Source of the DNA: Anaerolineae bacterium
GTDB lineage: Bacteria; Chloroflexota; Anaerolineae; S140-20
Direction of reading: 5' to 3'
Assembly (NCBI GenBank): GCA_027021705.1
Contig: JALUTT010000116.1
Location: forward strand, 1 to 29,958
Length of the DNA: 29,958 bases
Shown here piece by piece: positions 8,135 to 16,438 of the stretch (position 1 is the first letter of the stretch; each line of letters starts with the position of its first letter). A program made the position numbers and the translations under genes. The notes beneath the pieces were generated by a model. The model had not been told where the DNA came from, did no database searches, and saw nothing but the letters and a program-made list of their open reading frames with translations.

Positions 8135-10021
8135 TTACACCCCTAGCCCGTCGGCCACCCAGCCTAGCCCCAGTTCCTCCAGCTTGCTCCGGGTCGGCGT
8201 GCCCGTGGCAACGTCCCAGCCGGCCATCGCATAGTAGAGGTCCTTGGCCTGCTCGATCTCTTCCTCGGTCAGGGCAACGCCGTCGGTGGGGCCGCCCTTC
8301 AGCGCCTGGAAGAGCTTCTTGGGCAGCCGGTCGGCCTCCCGCCCGATCCCCTCGCGGGCGTTGAAGGCCCGCAACATGTTCAACCGCCGCTCCCCCACCC
8401 GCAGGACTTCCTCGATGGTCACGTCCCAGCCGGTGACCCGCCGCACCGCCTCCACCAACTGGCCGGCGCTGTAGAGGTGCCAGGCCGGTCCGAAGACGAA
8501 CTGGCAGACGTTGACGGAGTCCAGGAAGGAGTAGAGGCACTCGGTGGTCAGCGCGAAGCGGACTTTCTCCTCGTTGAGTACCCGGTCCGGCTGGGGGTTC
8601 GTCAGCCCGATCTCCGCCATCCGCTCCGGGTAGTGGCGGTAGGAGGGGTCGTGCTCGCTGGACTGGTGGTCGGCCCCGAAGGGGTTGACGGCGTAGATGA
8701 GGCCCAGGGAGCGCTTGACCTGGGGCATGTGGGCCGGCATCTCCTGTCCTTTCACCGCCACCACCAGGTCCTGCCCGACGCCCAGCATCTCGGCGGCCCG
8801 GGCCGACCCCTCGCCCAGGATGCGCCCGAAGCCCTCCCGCCGGCCGATCAACTCGACCATCTGGACCATCGCCTCCGCGTTGCCGAAGCGCAGGTCAATC
8901 CCCCCCGTCTGCTCCTGGGTGATCAGCCCCCGCTCGTAGCAGTCCATCGCCCAGGCGATGGTCGCGCCGCAGGAGATGGTGTCCATCCCGTACATGTTGC
9001 AGAGCTGATTGGCGTAGGCGATGGCCTCCAGGTGGTCCACACCGCAGTAGGAGCCGAAGGTGGCGATGGTCTCGTACTCGGGTCCGCCATGGCGCGGGTC
9101 CACGCGGTAGGGACCTTCGGTCACCTCGACGACCCGCTTGCAGCGGACGGTGCAGGCGTAGCAGGTGTCCCGCTCCTTGAGGATGGTCTCGGCCATCCGG
9201 TGGCCGCTGATGGCCTCGGCCCCCTCGAAGTAGCCGCTCGTCCAGTTGCGGGTGGGCAGGCCACCCCGCTTGTTCTGGGAGCGGACGATCTCCGAAGTGC
9301 CCAGCATTCCCAAGCCGTAGACGTCGGACTCCGGGAAGGCAGAGGCTCCCCAGCGGGCCAGTTCGTTCAGCCCCTTGGGGTCGGCCAGCGGAGGGCGCAT
9401 CTTGCCGCGCACGACGATGGCCTTGAGGCGCTTGCTCCCCATCACCGCGCCCATGCCGGTGCGTCCGTTGGCCCGGTTGGCCATGTTGATGAGCGCGGCG
9501 AAGCGGACGCCCTTCTCACCGGCCGGCCCGACCTGGAGGACCTGCACTTTGTTGTCGCCCAACTCCTCCTTCAGGAGGTCTTCGACCTCGCCGGTGGTCT
9601 TGCCCCAGAGGTGGCCGGCGGGGCGCAGTTCCGCCTCGCCATCGTGGATCCAGAGGTAGACGGGCTCCTGGGCACGCCCGTGGATGACGATGGCGTCATA
9701 GCCGGCGAACTTCAGTTCGGCGGGGAAGAAGCCGCCCGCCTGGGAGTCCCCCACAGCGCCGGTGAGGGGGGATTTGGCCGTGGCGGTGATGCGGCTCTGG
9801 CCGGAGATGGGCGCACCGGTGAGGACGCCCAGGGAGAGGATCAGGGTGTTCTCCGGCCCCAGGGGATCAGCGCCGGCCGGTGTGTGTCGGAGCAGGTAGT
9901 GGAGTCCCAGGGCGCTGCCGCCCATGTAGGTGCGGTAGAAGCGCTCGTCGGGCTCTTCGACCGCCAACCGCCCCTCCGACAGGTGAACGTGCAAAACCTT
10001 CCCGTGGTATCCGAAAGGCAT
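8135..10021 (-). CDS. aor: Aldehyde:ferredoxin oxidoreductase family (tungstopterin) enzyme
   Basis: KSPLTG, GRTGMGAVMGSK, CYACTVRC cluster motif, GPEYET, GMDTISCG and PTRSKLEELGL motifs; AGGAGG RBS. Confidence 0.95.
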   Translation of the reverse strand: MPFGYHGKVLHVHLSEGRLAVEEPDERFYRTYMGGSALGLHYLLRHTPAGADPLGPENTLILSLGVLTGAPISGQSRITATAKSPLTGAVGDSQAGGFFPAELKFAGYDAIVIHGRAQEPVYLWIHDGEAELRPAGHLWGKTTGEVEDLLKEELGDNKVQVLQVGPAGEKGVRFAALINMANRANGRTGMGAVMGSKRLKAIVVRGKMRPPLADPKGLNELARWGASAFPESDVYGLGMLGTSEIVRSQNKRGGLPTRNWTSGYFEGAEAISGHRMAETILKERDTCYACTVRCKRVVEVTEGPYRVDPRHGGPEYETIATFGSYCGVDHLEAIAYANQLCNMYGMDTISCGATIAWAMDCYERGLITQEQTGGIDLRFGNAEAMVQMVELIGRREGFGRILGEGSARAAEMLGVGQDLVVAVKGQEMPAHMPQVKRSLGLIYAVNPFGADHQSSEHDPSYRHYPERMAEIGLTNPQPDRVLNEEKVRFALTTECLYSFLDSVNVCQFVFGPAWHLYSAGQLVEAVRRVTGWDVTIEEVLRVGERRLNMLRAFNAREGIGREADRLPKKLFQALKGGPTDGVALTEEEIEQAKDLYYAMAGWDVATGTPTRSKLEELGLGWVADGLGV

Positions 10022-10048
10022 CGTTCCCTCCTAGAGATTGCAAGGTAT

Positions 10049-10802
10049 GGAACCACAAAGGGCACAAAGATCACAACGAGGCAAAGAAATTTACTTCCGT
10101 CTTTGTGTCCTTTGAGCCCTTTGTGGCCTTGGTGACCACCACGCCCCAGAGAGAGGCAAGACCAACTCAGGGAACCACAAAGAGCACAAAGGACACGAAG
10201 TTCACAATGAGACAAAAAGACCACATTGCGCCTTTGTGTCCTTCGAGGTCTTTGTGGCCTTGGTGACCACCACGCCCCAGAGAGAGGCAAGACCAACTCA
10301 GGGAACCACAAAGAGCACAAAGGGCACAAAGTTCACAATGAGACAAAAAGGTCACGTTTCGTCTTCGTGTCCTTTGAGCCCTTTGTGGCCTTGGTGACCA
10401 CCACGCCCCAGAGAGAGGCGAGACCAATTCAGGGAACCACAAAGAGCACAAAGGACACGAAGTTCACAATGAGACAAAGAAGATCACGTTTCGTCTTCGT
10501 GTTCTTTGAGCCCTTTGTGGCCTTGGTGGCCACCACGCCCCAGGGAGAGGCAAGACCAATTCAGGGAACCACAAAGAGCACAAAGGACACGAAGTTCACA
10601 ATGAGACAAAGAAGATCACGTTTCGTCTTTGTGTCCTTTGAGCCCTTTGTGGCCTTGGTGATCACCACGCCCCAGGGAGAGGCAAGACCAACTCAGGGAA
10701 CCACAAAGAGCACAAAGGGCACAAAGTTCACAATGAGACAAAAAGATCATATTTTGTCTTTGTGTCCTTCGAGGTCTTTGTGTCCTTGGTGATCACCACG
10801 CC
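10049..10802. repeat. Tandem array A of 131/132-bp hairpin-forming units (~5.8 units)
   Basis: Units start at 10049, 10171, 10302, 10433, 10565 and 10697; each has an (A)CCACAAAG-type 9-mer arm and a complementary CTTTGTGNC arm. Confidence 0.95.
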
Positions 10803-11215
10803 TAGAGAACCAGACGACGTATACCGTGTTTGAGCAAGCGAACGTTGAAGTTCAAAATGTAGCCGAGCCGAAGGCCGGTGGCCTTTAGGTAGGACAGCAA
10901 TTGGGCTTCGTGAATAGAGCCTATGGCCTCTACCGCCTTGATCTCCGCGATGACCACTCCACCCACGAGAACATCCAGCCGCTGCCCTGGGATGAGAATA
11001 TCTTTGTAGGGAACGTTGATGACCTTCTGGCGCTCGAAAGGAATGCCGCGCAGACGGAGTTCGTAGCACAGGGCATCCTCGTAGATTCGCTCGAGAAAGC
11101 CCGGTCCCAAATGGCGATGGACCTCCATAGCCGCATCAAGCAGAGCTCGTCCCATCTGCTCGACTTCCGCCGGGATCGGCAAGAACACCTTTTTCTGTCG
11201 GCTCTTCCCTGACAT
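10802..11215 (-). CDS. GxxExxY protein (PD-(D/E)XK nuclease superfamily)
   Basis: HRHLGPGFLERIYE (GxxExxY); RLDVLV...EIKAV catalytic D...ExK; HEAQLLSYLK; LGYILNF; 137 aa; visibly lower GC than flanking genes. Confidence 0.95.
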   Translation of the reverse strand: MSGKSRQKKVFLPIPAEVEQMGRALLDAAMEVHRHLGPGFLERIYEDALCYELRLRGIPFERQKVINVPYKDILIPGQRLDVLVGGVVIAEIKAVEAIGSIHEAQLLSYLKATGLRLGYILNFNVRLLKHGIRRLVL

Positions 11216-11229
11216 CTATTTGCCCCTGG

Positions 11230-11793
11230 TCTTTGTGCATTTCCGCATATCTTCGTGTCCTTGGTGACCACCACGCCCCGAGAAAAGCGAGGCCAGCTTA
11301 TGGAATCACAAAGGGCACAAAGAGCACGAAGTTCACAATGAGACAAAGAAGATCACGTTTCGTCTTTGTGTCCTTCGAGGTCTTTGTGACCTTGGTGACC
11401 ATCACAACCCAGGGAGAGGCGAGACCAATTCAGGAAACCACAAAGGGCACAAAGGGCACGAAGTTCACGATGAGACAAAAAGATCACGTTTCGTCTTTGT
11501 GTTCTTTGAGGTCTTTGTGACCTTGGTGACCATCACAACCCAGGGAGAGGCGAGACCAATTCAGGAAACCACAAAGGGCACAAAGGGCACAAAGTTCACG
11601 ACGAGGCAAAGAAGATCATGTTTTGTCTTTGTGTCCTTCGAGGTCTTTGTGGCCTTGGTGACCACCACGCCCCAGAGAGAGGCGAGGCCAGCTTATGGAA
11701 TCACAAAGGGCACAAAGAGCACGAAGTTCACGATGAGACAAAAAGATCACGTTTCGTCTTTGTGTTCTTTGAGCCCTTTGTGGCCTTGGTGAC
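11230..11793. repeat. Tandem array B of the same 131/132-bp units (~4.3 units)
   Basis: Partial unit, then units starting at 11302, 11434, 11565 and 11697; same orientation as array A. Confidence 0.95.
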
Positions 11794-11797
11794 TGTA

Positions 11798-13114
11798 CTA
11801 GGATCTGCTCTTCACCTCCCGGACCGCGTCCTCGAAGGCGGTGAGGGTGTCGGCGATGACCTCTTCGTCGTGGCTGTAGCAGAGGAACCAGGGCTCCCGA
11901 CCATCGGCATCGGGCATGACCCCCCGCTCGATGAGAGCCATCACCAGCGCTTCGTAGAGGTCCTCGTCCCCCTGGATGTACCCCCGAAAGTCCACCGGCT
12001 CCTCATCGGTCCCCAGGATGAAGCTGAAGATGGGCGGCAACCCGGTCATCGCGTGGGGGATGTCAGCCCGGGTCAGGATCTCGTGGATGCCCTCCATAAG
12101 CTGCCGGCCCCGCCGGAAGATGGTCTTGATGATGGGCTTGGTCTCCAGCACCTCCAGCGTGGCGTCGGCGGCAGCGGTGCCGACGGCGTTGCCGGTGTAG
12201 GTGCCGCCGTGGGAGACGCGCCCCGGCTCCACCGTCGCCATCACCTCCCGCCTCCCGCCGATGGCCGCGATGGGGAAGCCGTTGCCCATCGCCTTGGCAT
12301 AGGTCACCAGGTCGGCCCGCACCCCGAAGTACTCCTGCGCCCCGCCGTTGGCGATGCGGAAGCCGGTCTTCACCTCATCGAAGATGAGGACGATGCCGTA
12401 CCGATCGCACAGCTCCCGAATCTTCTCCAGCCAACCGGGGCGAGGGAGGATGCCGGCGGCGTTGCCCAACAGGGGCTCCACGATGATGGCCGCCAGCTCG
12501 TGCCAGCGGGCCTCCACCGTCTCCTCCAGCCGTTCCACGTCGTTGAAGGGCAGGTTGATGACGTAGCGGCGGATGCCCTCGGGAATGCCGGAGCTCATCT
12601 GGACGTTGATGGGGTTGCGGCGGGAGCCCAGGGCTGAGGCCGGCGTCCCGGCCGTGGTGAAGAGGACGTAGTCGTACATCCCGTGGTACTGGCCCTCGAA
12701 CTTGATGAACCGCTCCCGACTGGTGTAGGCCCGGGCGATGCGCAGGGCGTGCATCGTCGCCTCGGTGCCCGTGTTGGAGAGCCGCACCTGGTCCACACCG
12801 GTCATCCGCACGATCCGCTCCGCCACCTGGACCTCCAGGGGGGTCGTCCAGGCGAAGGTGGTGCCGTCACGGATCGCCTCGGCCACCCGCTCTACCACAG
12901 CCGGGTAGGCGTGGCCCAGGATGATGGGGCCGAAGGCCAGCCGGTAGTCAATGTAGCGATTGCCGTCGGCGTCCCAGATGTAAGCCCCTTCGCCCCGCGT
13001 CGCCACCAGGGTCTCCTCATCGCCCCAGTAGCGGAAGTTGGAGTTGACGCCGTAGGGGATCACCTGTTTGGCCCGTTCAAAGAGGGCGCGGGTCTTGGTC
13101 AGGTCTCGTGCCAT
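11798..13114 (-). CDS. Class III PLP aminotransferase, glutamate-1-semialdehyde aminomutase-like
   Basis: GVNS, DADGNRYIDY, GTEATMHALRIAR, KFEGQYHG, LIFDEVKTGFR and catalytic K in YAKAMGNG; GGAG RBS favours ATG 13114 over 13126. Confidence 0.9.
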   Translation of the reverse strand: MARDLTKTRALFERAKQVIPYGVNSNFRYWGDEETLVATRGEGAYIWDADGNRYIDYRLAFGPIILGHAYPAVVERVAEAIRDGTTFAWTTPLEVQVAERIVRMTGVDQVRLSNTGTEATMHALRIARAYTSRERFIKFEGQYHGMYDYVLFTTAGTPASALGSRRNPINVQMSSGIPEGIRRYVINLPFNDVERLEETVEARWHELAAIIVEPLLGNAAGILPRPGWLEKIRELCDRYGIVLIFDEVKTGFRIANGGAQEYFGVRADLVTYAKAMGNGFPIAAIGGRREVMATVEPGRVSHGGTYTGNAVGTAAADATLEVLETKPIIKTIFRRGRQLMEGIHEILTRADIPHAMTGLPPIFSFILGTDEEPVDFRGYIQGDEDLYEALVMALIERGVMPDADGREPWFLCYSHDEEVIADTLTAFEDAVREVKSRS

Positions 13115-13162
13115 AGGAAACTCCATGTTGCGTGATGCGTGATGCGTATGGAGCGCGGCAGG

Positions 13163-13564
13163 CTATGGGAGGCGGGCGCGACGCCGGTCGTTCTCGCGGG
13201 CCAGCCGCTCGAAGAGGCGGACGATCTCCCGGATGGGCATCTTGGCGGCAGCATCTCGGTAGAAGCGGGCCGCCGTTTCCTCCAGCCGCTCGGCCTGGCG
13301 CAGCCGCTCCGCCTCGTCCACCGTGGCGTCCAGATCCACAGTGTACGCCTCGCCCTCCAGGCCGGTGATGGATTCCAGGATCATCTCGTTCACCAGCTCC
13401 CGCCGGGCCTGCTCCAGCCGCCGGTGCCGCTTGCGGGAGCCCCGGGCCAGCTCCGCGAAGTCCTCGGCCAGCCGCCCCCGAGCTCCCGCTTCGTAGAAGG
13501 CAGCCGCCCGCTCCTCCAGCTCCAGCGCGAACTTCAGAATCGCCCCGAACGTTCCCAGTTCCAC
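13163..13564 (-). CDS. Ferritin-like / rubrerythrin-type four-helix protein
   Basis: Duplicated A-x-x-LEE...FY helical pattern; GTG start with GGGGAGG RBS. Confidence 0.75.
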   Translation of the reverse strand: MELGTFGAILKFALELEERAAAFYEAGARGRLAEDFAELARGSRKRHRRLEQARRELVNEMILESITGLEGEAYTVDLDATVDEAERLRQAERLEETAARFYRDAAAKMPIREIVRLFERLARENDRRRARLP

Positions 13565-13616
13565 GTCGGTCCTCCCCCACGAGATGCGGGATGCGCGTTG
13601 CGTGCCGCACGTCCGG

Positions 13617-15071
13617 TCAGAACCAGCGGGTGATGACGATCTTGCAGTCGGTGAAGAAGCGGATGGCGTCGCGGCCCTGGCCGTGCAGGTCGCCGAAGAA
13701 GGAGTCCTTCATCCCGCCGAAGGGGAAGGTGGCCACCGGGGCCGCGATGCCGATGTTAACGCCCACGTTGCCGGTGCGCACCCGGTACTTGAACTCCCGC
13801 GCCCACTTGCCGCTGGTGGTGAAGATCGAGGAGGCGTTGCCGTAGGGCAGCCCCTCGATGATCGCCAGCGCCTCGTCGAAGTCGGCGACGGGGATGATCC
13901 CCAGCACCGGCCCGAAGATCTCCTCGCGGGCGATGGTCATCTCCGGGCGCACCCGGTCGAAGATGGTGGGGCCGACGAAGTGGCCGTTGGGATAGCCCTC
14001 CACCCGGACGTTCCGACCGTCGAGGATCAGCTCGGCCCCCTCCTCCAGCCCCTTCTCGATGTAGCCCAGGATGCGCTCCTTCGCCTTGCGGGAGACGACC
14101 GGCCCCATCTGGACCCCTTCCTCCAGGCCGTACCCCAGCTTGATGCGGGAGGCCCCCTCGACCAGTTGGGCCTTGAGGGGCTCGTAGACCTCCCCCACGG
14201 CGAGGACGAGGGCGCCGGCCAGGCAGCGCTGCCCCGCCGTGCCGAAGGCGGAGCTGAGGATGTTGGGCACGGTGCGGTCGAGCACGGCGTCGGGCATCAC
14301 CACGAGGCAGTTCTTGGCCCCCGCCTGGCACTGGGCCCGCTTGCCGTGGGCGGCGGCGGTGGCGTAGATGTACTTGGCCACGGGCGTCGAGCCGACGAAG
14401 GAGACGCCGGCCACGTCCGGGTGGGCCAGCAGCACGTCCACGACCCCTTTGGCCCCGTTGACCAGGTTGACGACCCCCGGTGGGAAGTCGGCCTCGTCCA
14501 GCAACTCGAAGAGGCGGTTCTGGCTGACGGGGCAGACCTCCGACGGCTTGACGATGTAGGTGTTGCCGGTGGCCACAGCGTAGGGCAGGAACCAGAAGGG
14601 AACCATCGCCGGGAAGTTGAAGGGGGCGATGGCGGCGAAGACGCCGATGGGCTGGCGGATGCACTCCTCGTCAATCCCCACGGCGATGTCCTCGGCGTTG
14701 TAGCCCATCATCAGGGAGGGGATGCCGGCCGCTGCCTCAACGTTCTCGATGGCCCGGCGCACCTCTCCCCGCGCCTCGTCCAGGATCTTGCCGTGCTCTT
14801 GGACGATGGTTCGGGCCAGGTCCTCGAAGCGCTCTTCCATCAGGGCCTTGAGGCGGAACATATAGCGGGCGCGAACCATCGGCGGCGTCTCCCGCCACTC
14901 TTGGAAGGCCGCCTTCGCCGCCGCCACCGCCCGATTGACCTCATCCTCGGTGGAGAGGGGCACCCGGGCGACCAGCTCACCGGTTGCCGGATTGCGCACC
15001 TCGAGGAGATCACCGGATTGGGAAGGAACCCACTCTCCGTTGACGTAGTTCTTGAGCGTGCCGTACTCCAT
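13617..15071 (-). CDS. mmsA: CoA-acylating (methyl)malonate-semialdehyde dehydrogenase
   Basis: PFNFPAMVPFW, SFVGST, GAKN (in place of the usual ELGGK), GQRC catalytic Cys, EEIFGPV, FGGMKDSFFGDLH. Confidence 0.92.
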   Translation of the reverse strand: MEYGTLKNYVNGEWVPSQSGDLLEVRNPATGELVARVPLSTEDEVNRAVAAAKAAFQEWRETPPMVRARYMFRLKALMEERFEDLARTIVQEHGKILDEARGEVRRAIENVEAAAGIPSLMMGYNAEDIAVGIDEECIRQPIGVFAAIAPFNFPAMVPFWFLPYAVATGNTYIVKPSEVCPVSQNRLFELLDEADFPPGVVNLVNGAKGVVDVLLAHPDVAGVSFVGSTPVAKYIYATAAAHGKRAQCQAGAKNCLVVMPDAVLDRTVPNILSSAFGTAGQRCLAGALVLAVGEVYEPLKAQLVEGASRIKLGYGLEEGVQMGPVVSRKAKERILGYIEKGLEEGAELILDGRNVRVEGYPNGHFVGPTIFDRVRPEMTIAREEIFGPVLGIIPVADFDEALAIIEGLPYGNASSIFTTSGKWAREFKYRVRTGNVGVNIGIAAPVATFPFGGMKDSFFGDLHGQGRDAIRFFTDCKIVITRWF

Positions 15072-15112
15072 CGTTTCCTCCTGGTGATTGCGGGTCTTCT
15101 GGCCGATTTGTC

Positions 15113-15209
15113 ACCCTCCCGCAGGTCACACGGTGCCCGGTGACACCGATGGTCCGTCGGAGACCGCCTGGGACGCCCTCCAGGTCGTGGGGAGGGCCTG
15201 CGGGAGGGT
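15113..15209. repeat. Second 97-bp REP/REPIN-like element
   Basis: ACCCTCCCGCAGGTCAC (identical to 345-361) ... CCTGCGGGAGGGT (15197-15209). Confidence 0.8.
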
Positions 15210-15211
15210 TC

Positions 15212-16372
15212 CTAGACCAGTTCCCCCTCTTCAACGATCTCCTCTTCGACCGTGATCCCCCGGCGGGCCAGCTCGGCGAAGAATCGGTCGGTGGGGAAGG
15301 CCCGCTCCGGCGGCAGGACGCCCCGGCCGGTGGTCTCGCCGTGGGCGATGAGCTGGGCACCGATGGAGAGGGGGATGCCGACGTTCTTGAAGTAGGCCGA
15401 CTCACCTCCCCAGACCTCCTGAGGCGGGTGGTGGTTGCGATAGGTGCAGGTCACCCGCCGGCCCTGCCGCTCGCCCGTCACTTCGACGACCAGCCCATAG
15501 GCCCAGACGGGGTTCTCGCGGGCGAAGGGGCTGTCGGCCAAGAGCGCCCGCACGACGTCAATGGCCGGCATCTCCACCCCGCCGATGGTGACGGGCCGAC
15601 GGGAGAGCAGCCCCGCCCGCATCAGCGCCCCCATCAGTGCCATCACGTGGGGCGGGAAGCAGCCCCGCACCGCCGCCCGGCGCAGCGTGGGGAAGGACCG
15701 GGGCAGGGTGTTGGCCTCGTCGTGGGGCACGTAGTAGACCTTCTGCTCTCCGATCTGCTCGTGGAAGCGCACCACCTGCTCGCCGGAGAGGGGCGGGGCC
15801 GGATGCCAGTCGCCGTCCTCGAAGTAGACCGCCTCGCGCTCCCCCTCCTCGGGGTTGAACTCCCAGAGCGTCGTCTGGAGCAGGCCGGGGGCCGGGGCCA
15901 GGCAACGAAAGGCGGCGAAGTAGATCTCAACCCGCTCCATCCGGTCCACCACCTCCGACGCCCGCCGGACCATCATGTTGGTGATGCCGGGGGTCGCCCC
16001 CACGCCGGGGACGAAGAGCATCCCCTTCGCCAGCGCCTCGTCGTGGAGGGCGAACTGGGGATCGTCGCTGGAGAGGTCCAGCCCGTTCACCCCCACCTCG
16101 ACGCAGGCTTTGTTGACCGGGTAGTCGTACTTGAAGGGCAGGCCGTTGACGACGACGTCGAAGCCGGGGAAGAGGCGCAGCATCCCCTCGTAGTCGTTGG
16201 CGTCGAAGGCGATGACCCGCAGCCGGGGATCGCCGATCTCGTCCACCAGGGCCTGGGCCGCCGCCACATTGTAATCGGCAACGACGATTTCGTCAAAGTC
16301 GCTGTACTGCGCCAAGTCGCGGGTGGCCTCCCGACAGACGGCCCCCGCGCCTCCCAGGACCAAGGCTCGCAT
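15212..16372 (-). CDS. Saccharopine dehydrogenase-like oxidoreductase (second paralog)
   Basis: MRALVLGGAGAV, GVGATPGITN, HDEANTLP and GVLPPE motifs; AGGAGG RBS before ATG 16372. Confidence 0.88.
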   Translation of the reverse strand: MRALVLGGAGAVCREATRDLAQYSDFDEIVVADYNVAAAQALVDEIGDPRLRVIAFDANDYEGMLRLFPGFDVVVNGLPFKYDYPVNKACVEVGVNGLDLSSDDPQFALHDEALAKGMLFVPGVGATPGITNMMVRRASEVVDRMERVEIYFAAFRCLAPAPGLLQTTLWEFNPEEGEREAVYFEDGDWHPAPPLSGEQVVRFHEQIGEQKVYYVPHDEANTLPRSFPTLRRAAVRGCFPPHVMALMGALMRAGLLSRRPVTIGGVEMPAIDVVRALLADSPFARENPVWAYGLVVEVTGERQGRRVTCTYRNHHPPQEVWGGESAYFKNVGIPLSIGAQLIAHGETTGRGVLPPERAFPTDRFFAELARRGITVEEEIVEEGELV

Positions 16373-16438
16373 ACGGTTCCTCCTGCGTATCGCGTCGTGG
16401 GTATGGCGTGGTGCGTGAGGTCTATCATCCACCGGGGA

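Noticed and set aside
9841..11792. ORFs reading through the arrays (TTKSTKDTK..., LCALCALCG...)
   Set aside because: These are translations of the 9-mer repeats; 131-bp units shift frame, there is no RBS, and they overlap real genes.
10049..11793. CRISPR array interpretation of the repeats
   Set aside because: Units are near-identical over their whole 131/132 bp with no unique spacers, and there are no cas genes in the window.
10035..11797. Classical IS element
   Set aside because: No DDE, HUH or serine/tyrosine recombinase gene and no terminal inverted repeats at the cassette ends.
11798..13114. Calling this gene hemL (tetrapyrrole synthesis)
   Set aside because: The family resemblance is clear, but the context is amine catabolism with no hem genes, so it is more likely a paralog with another substrate.
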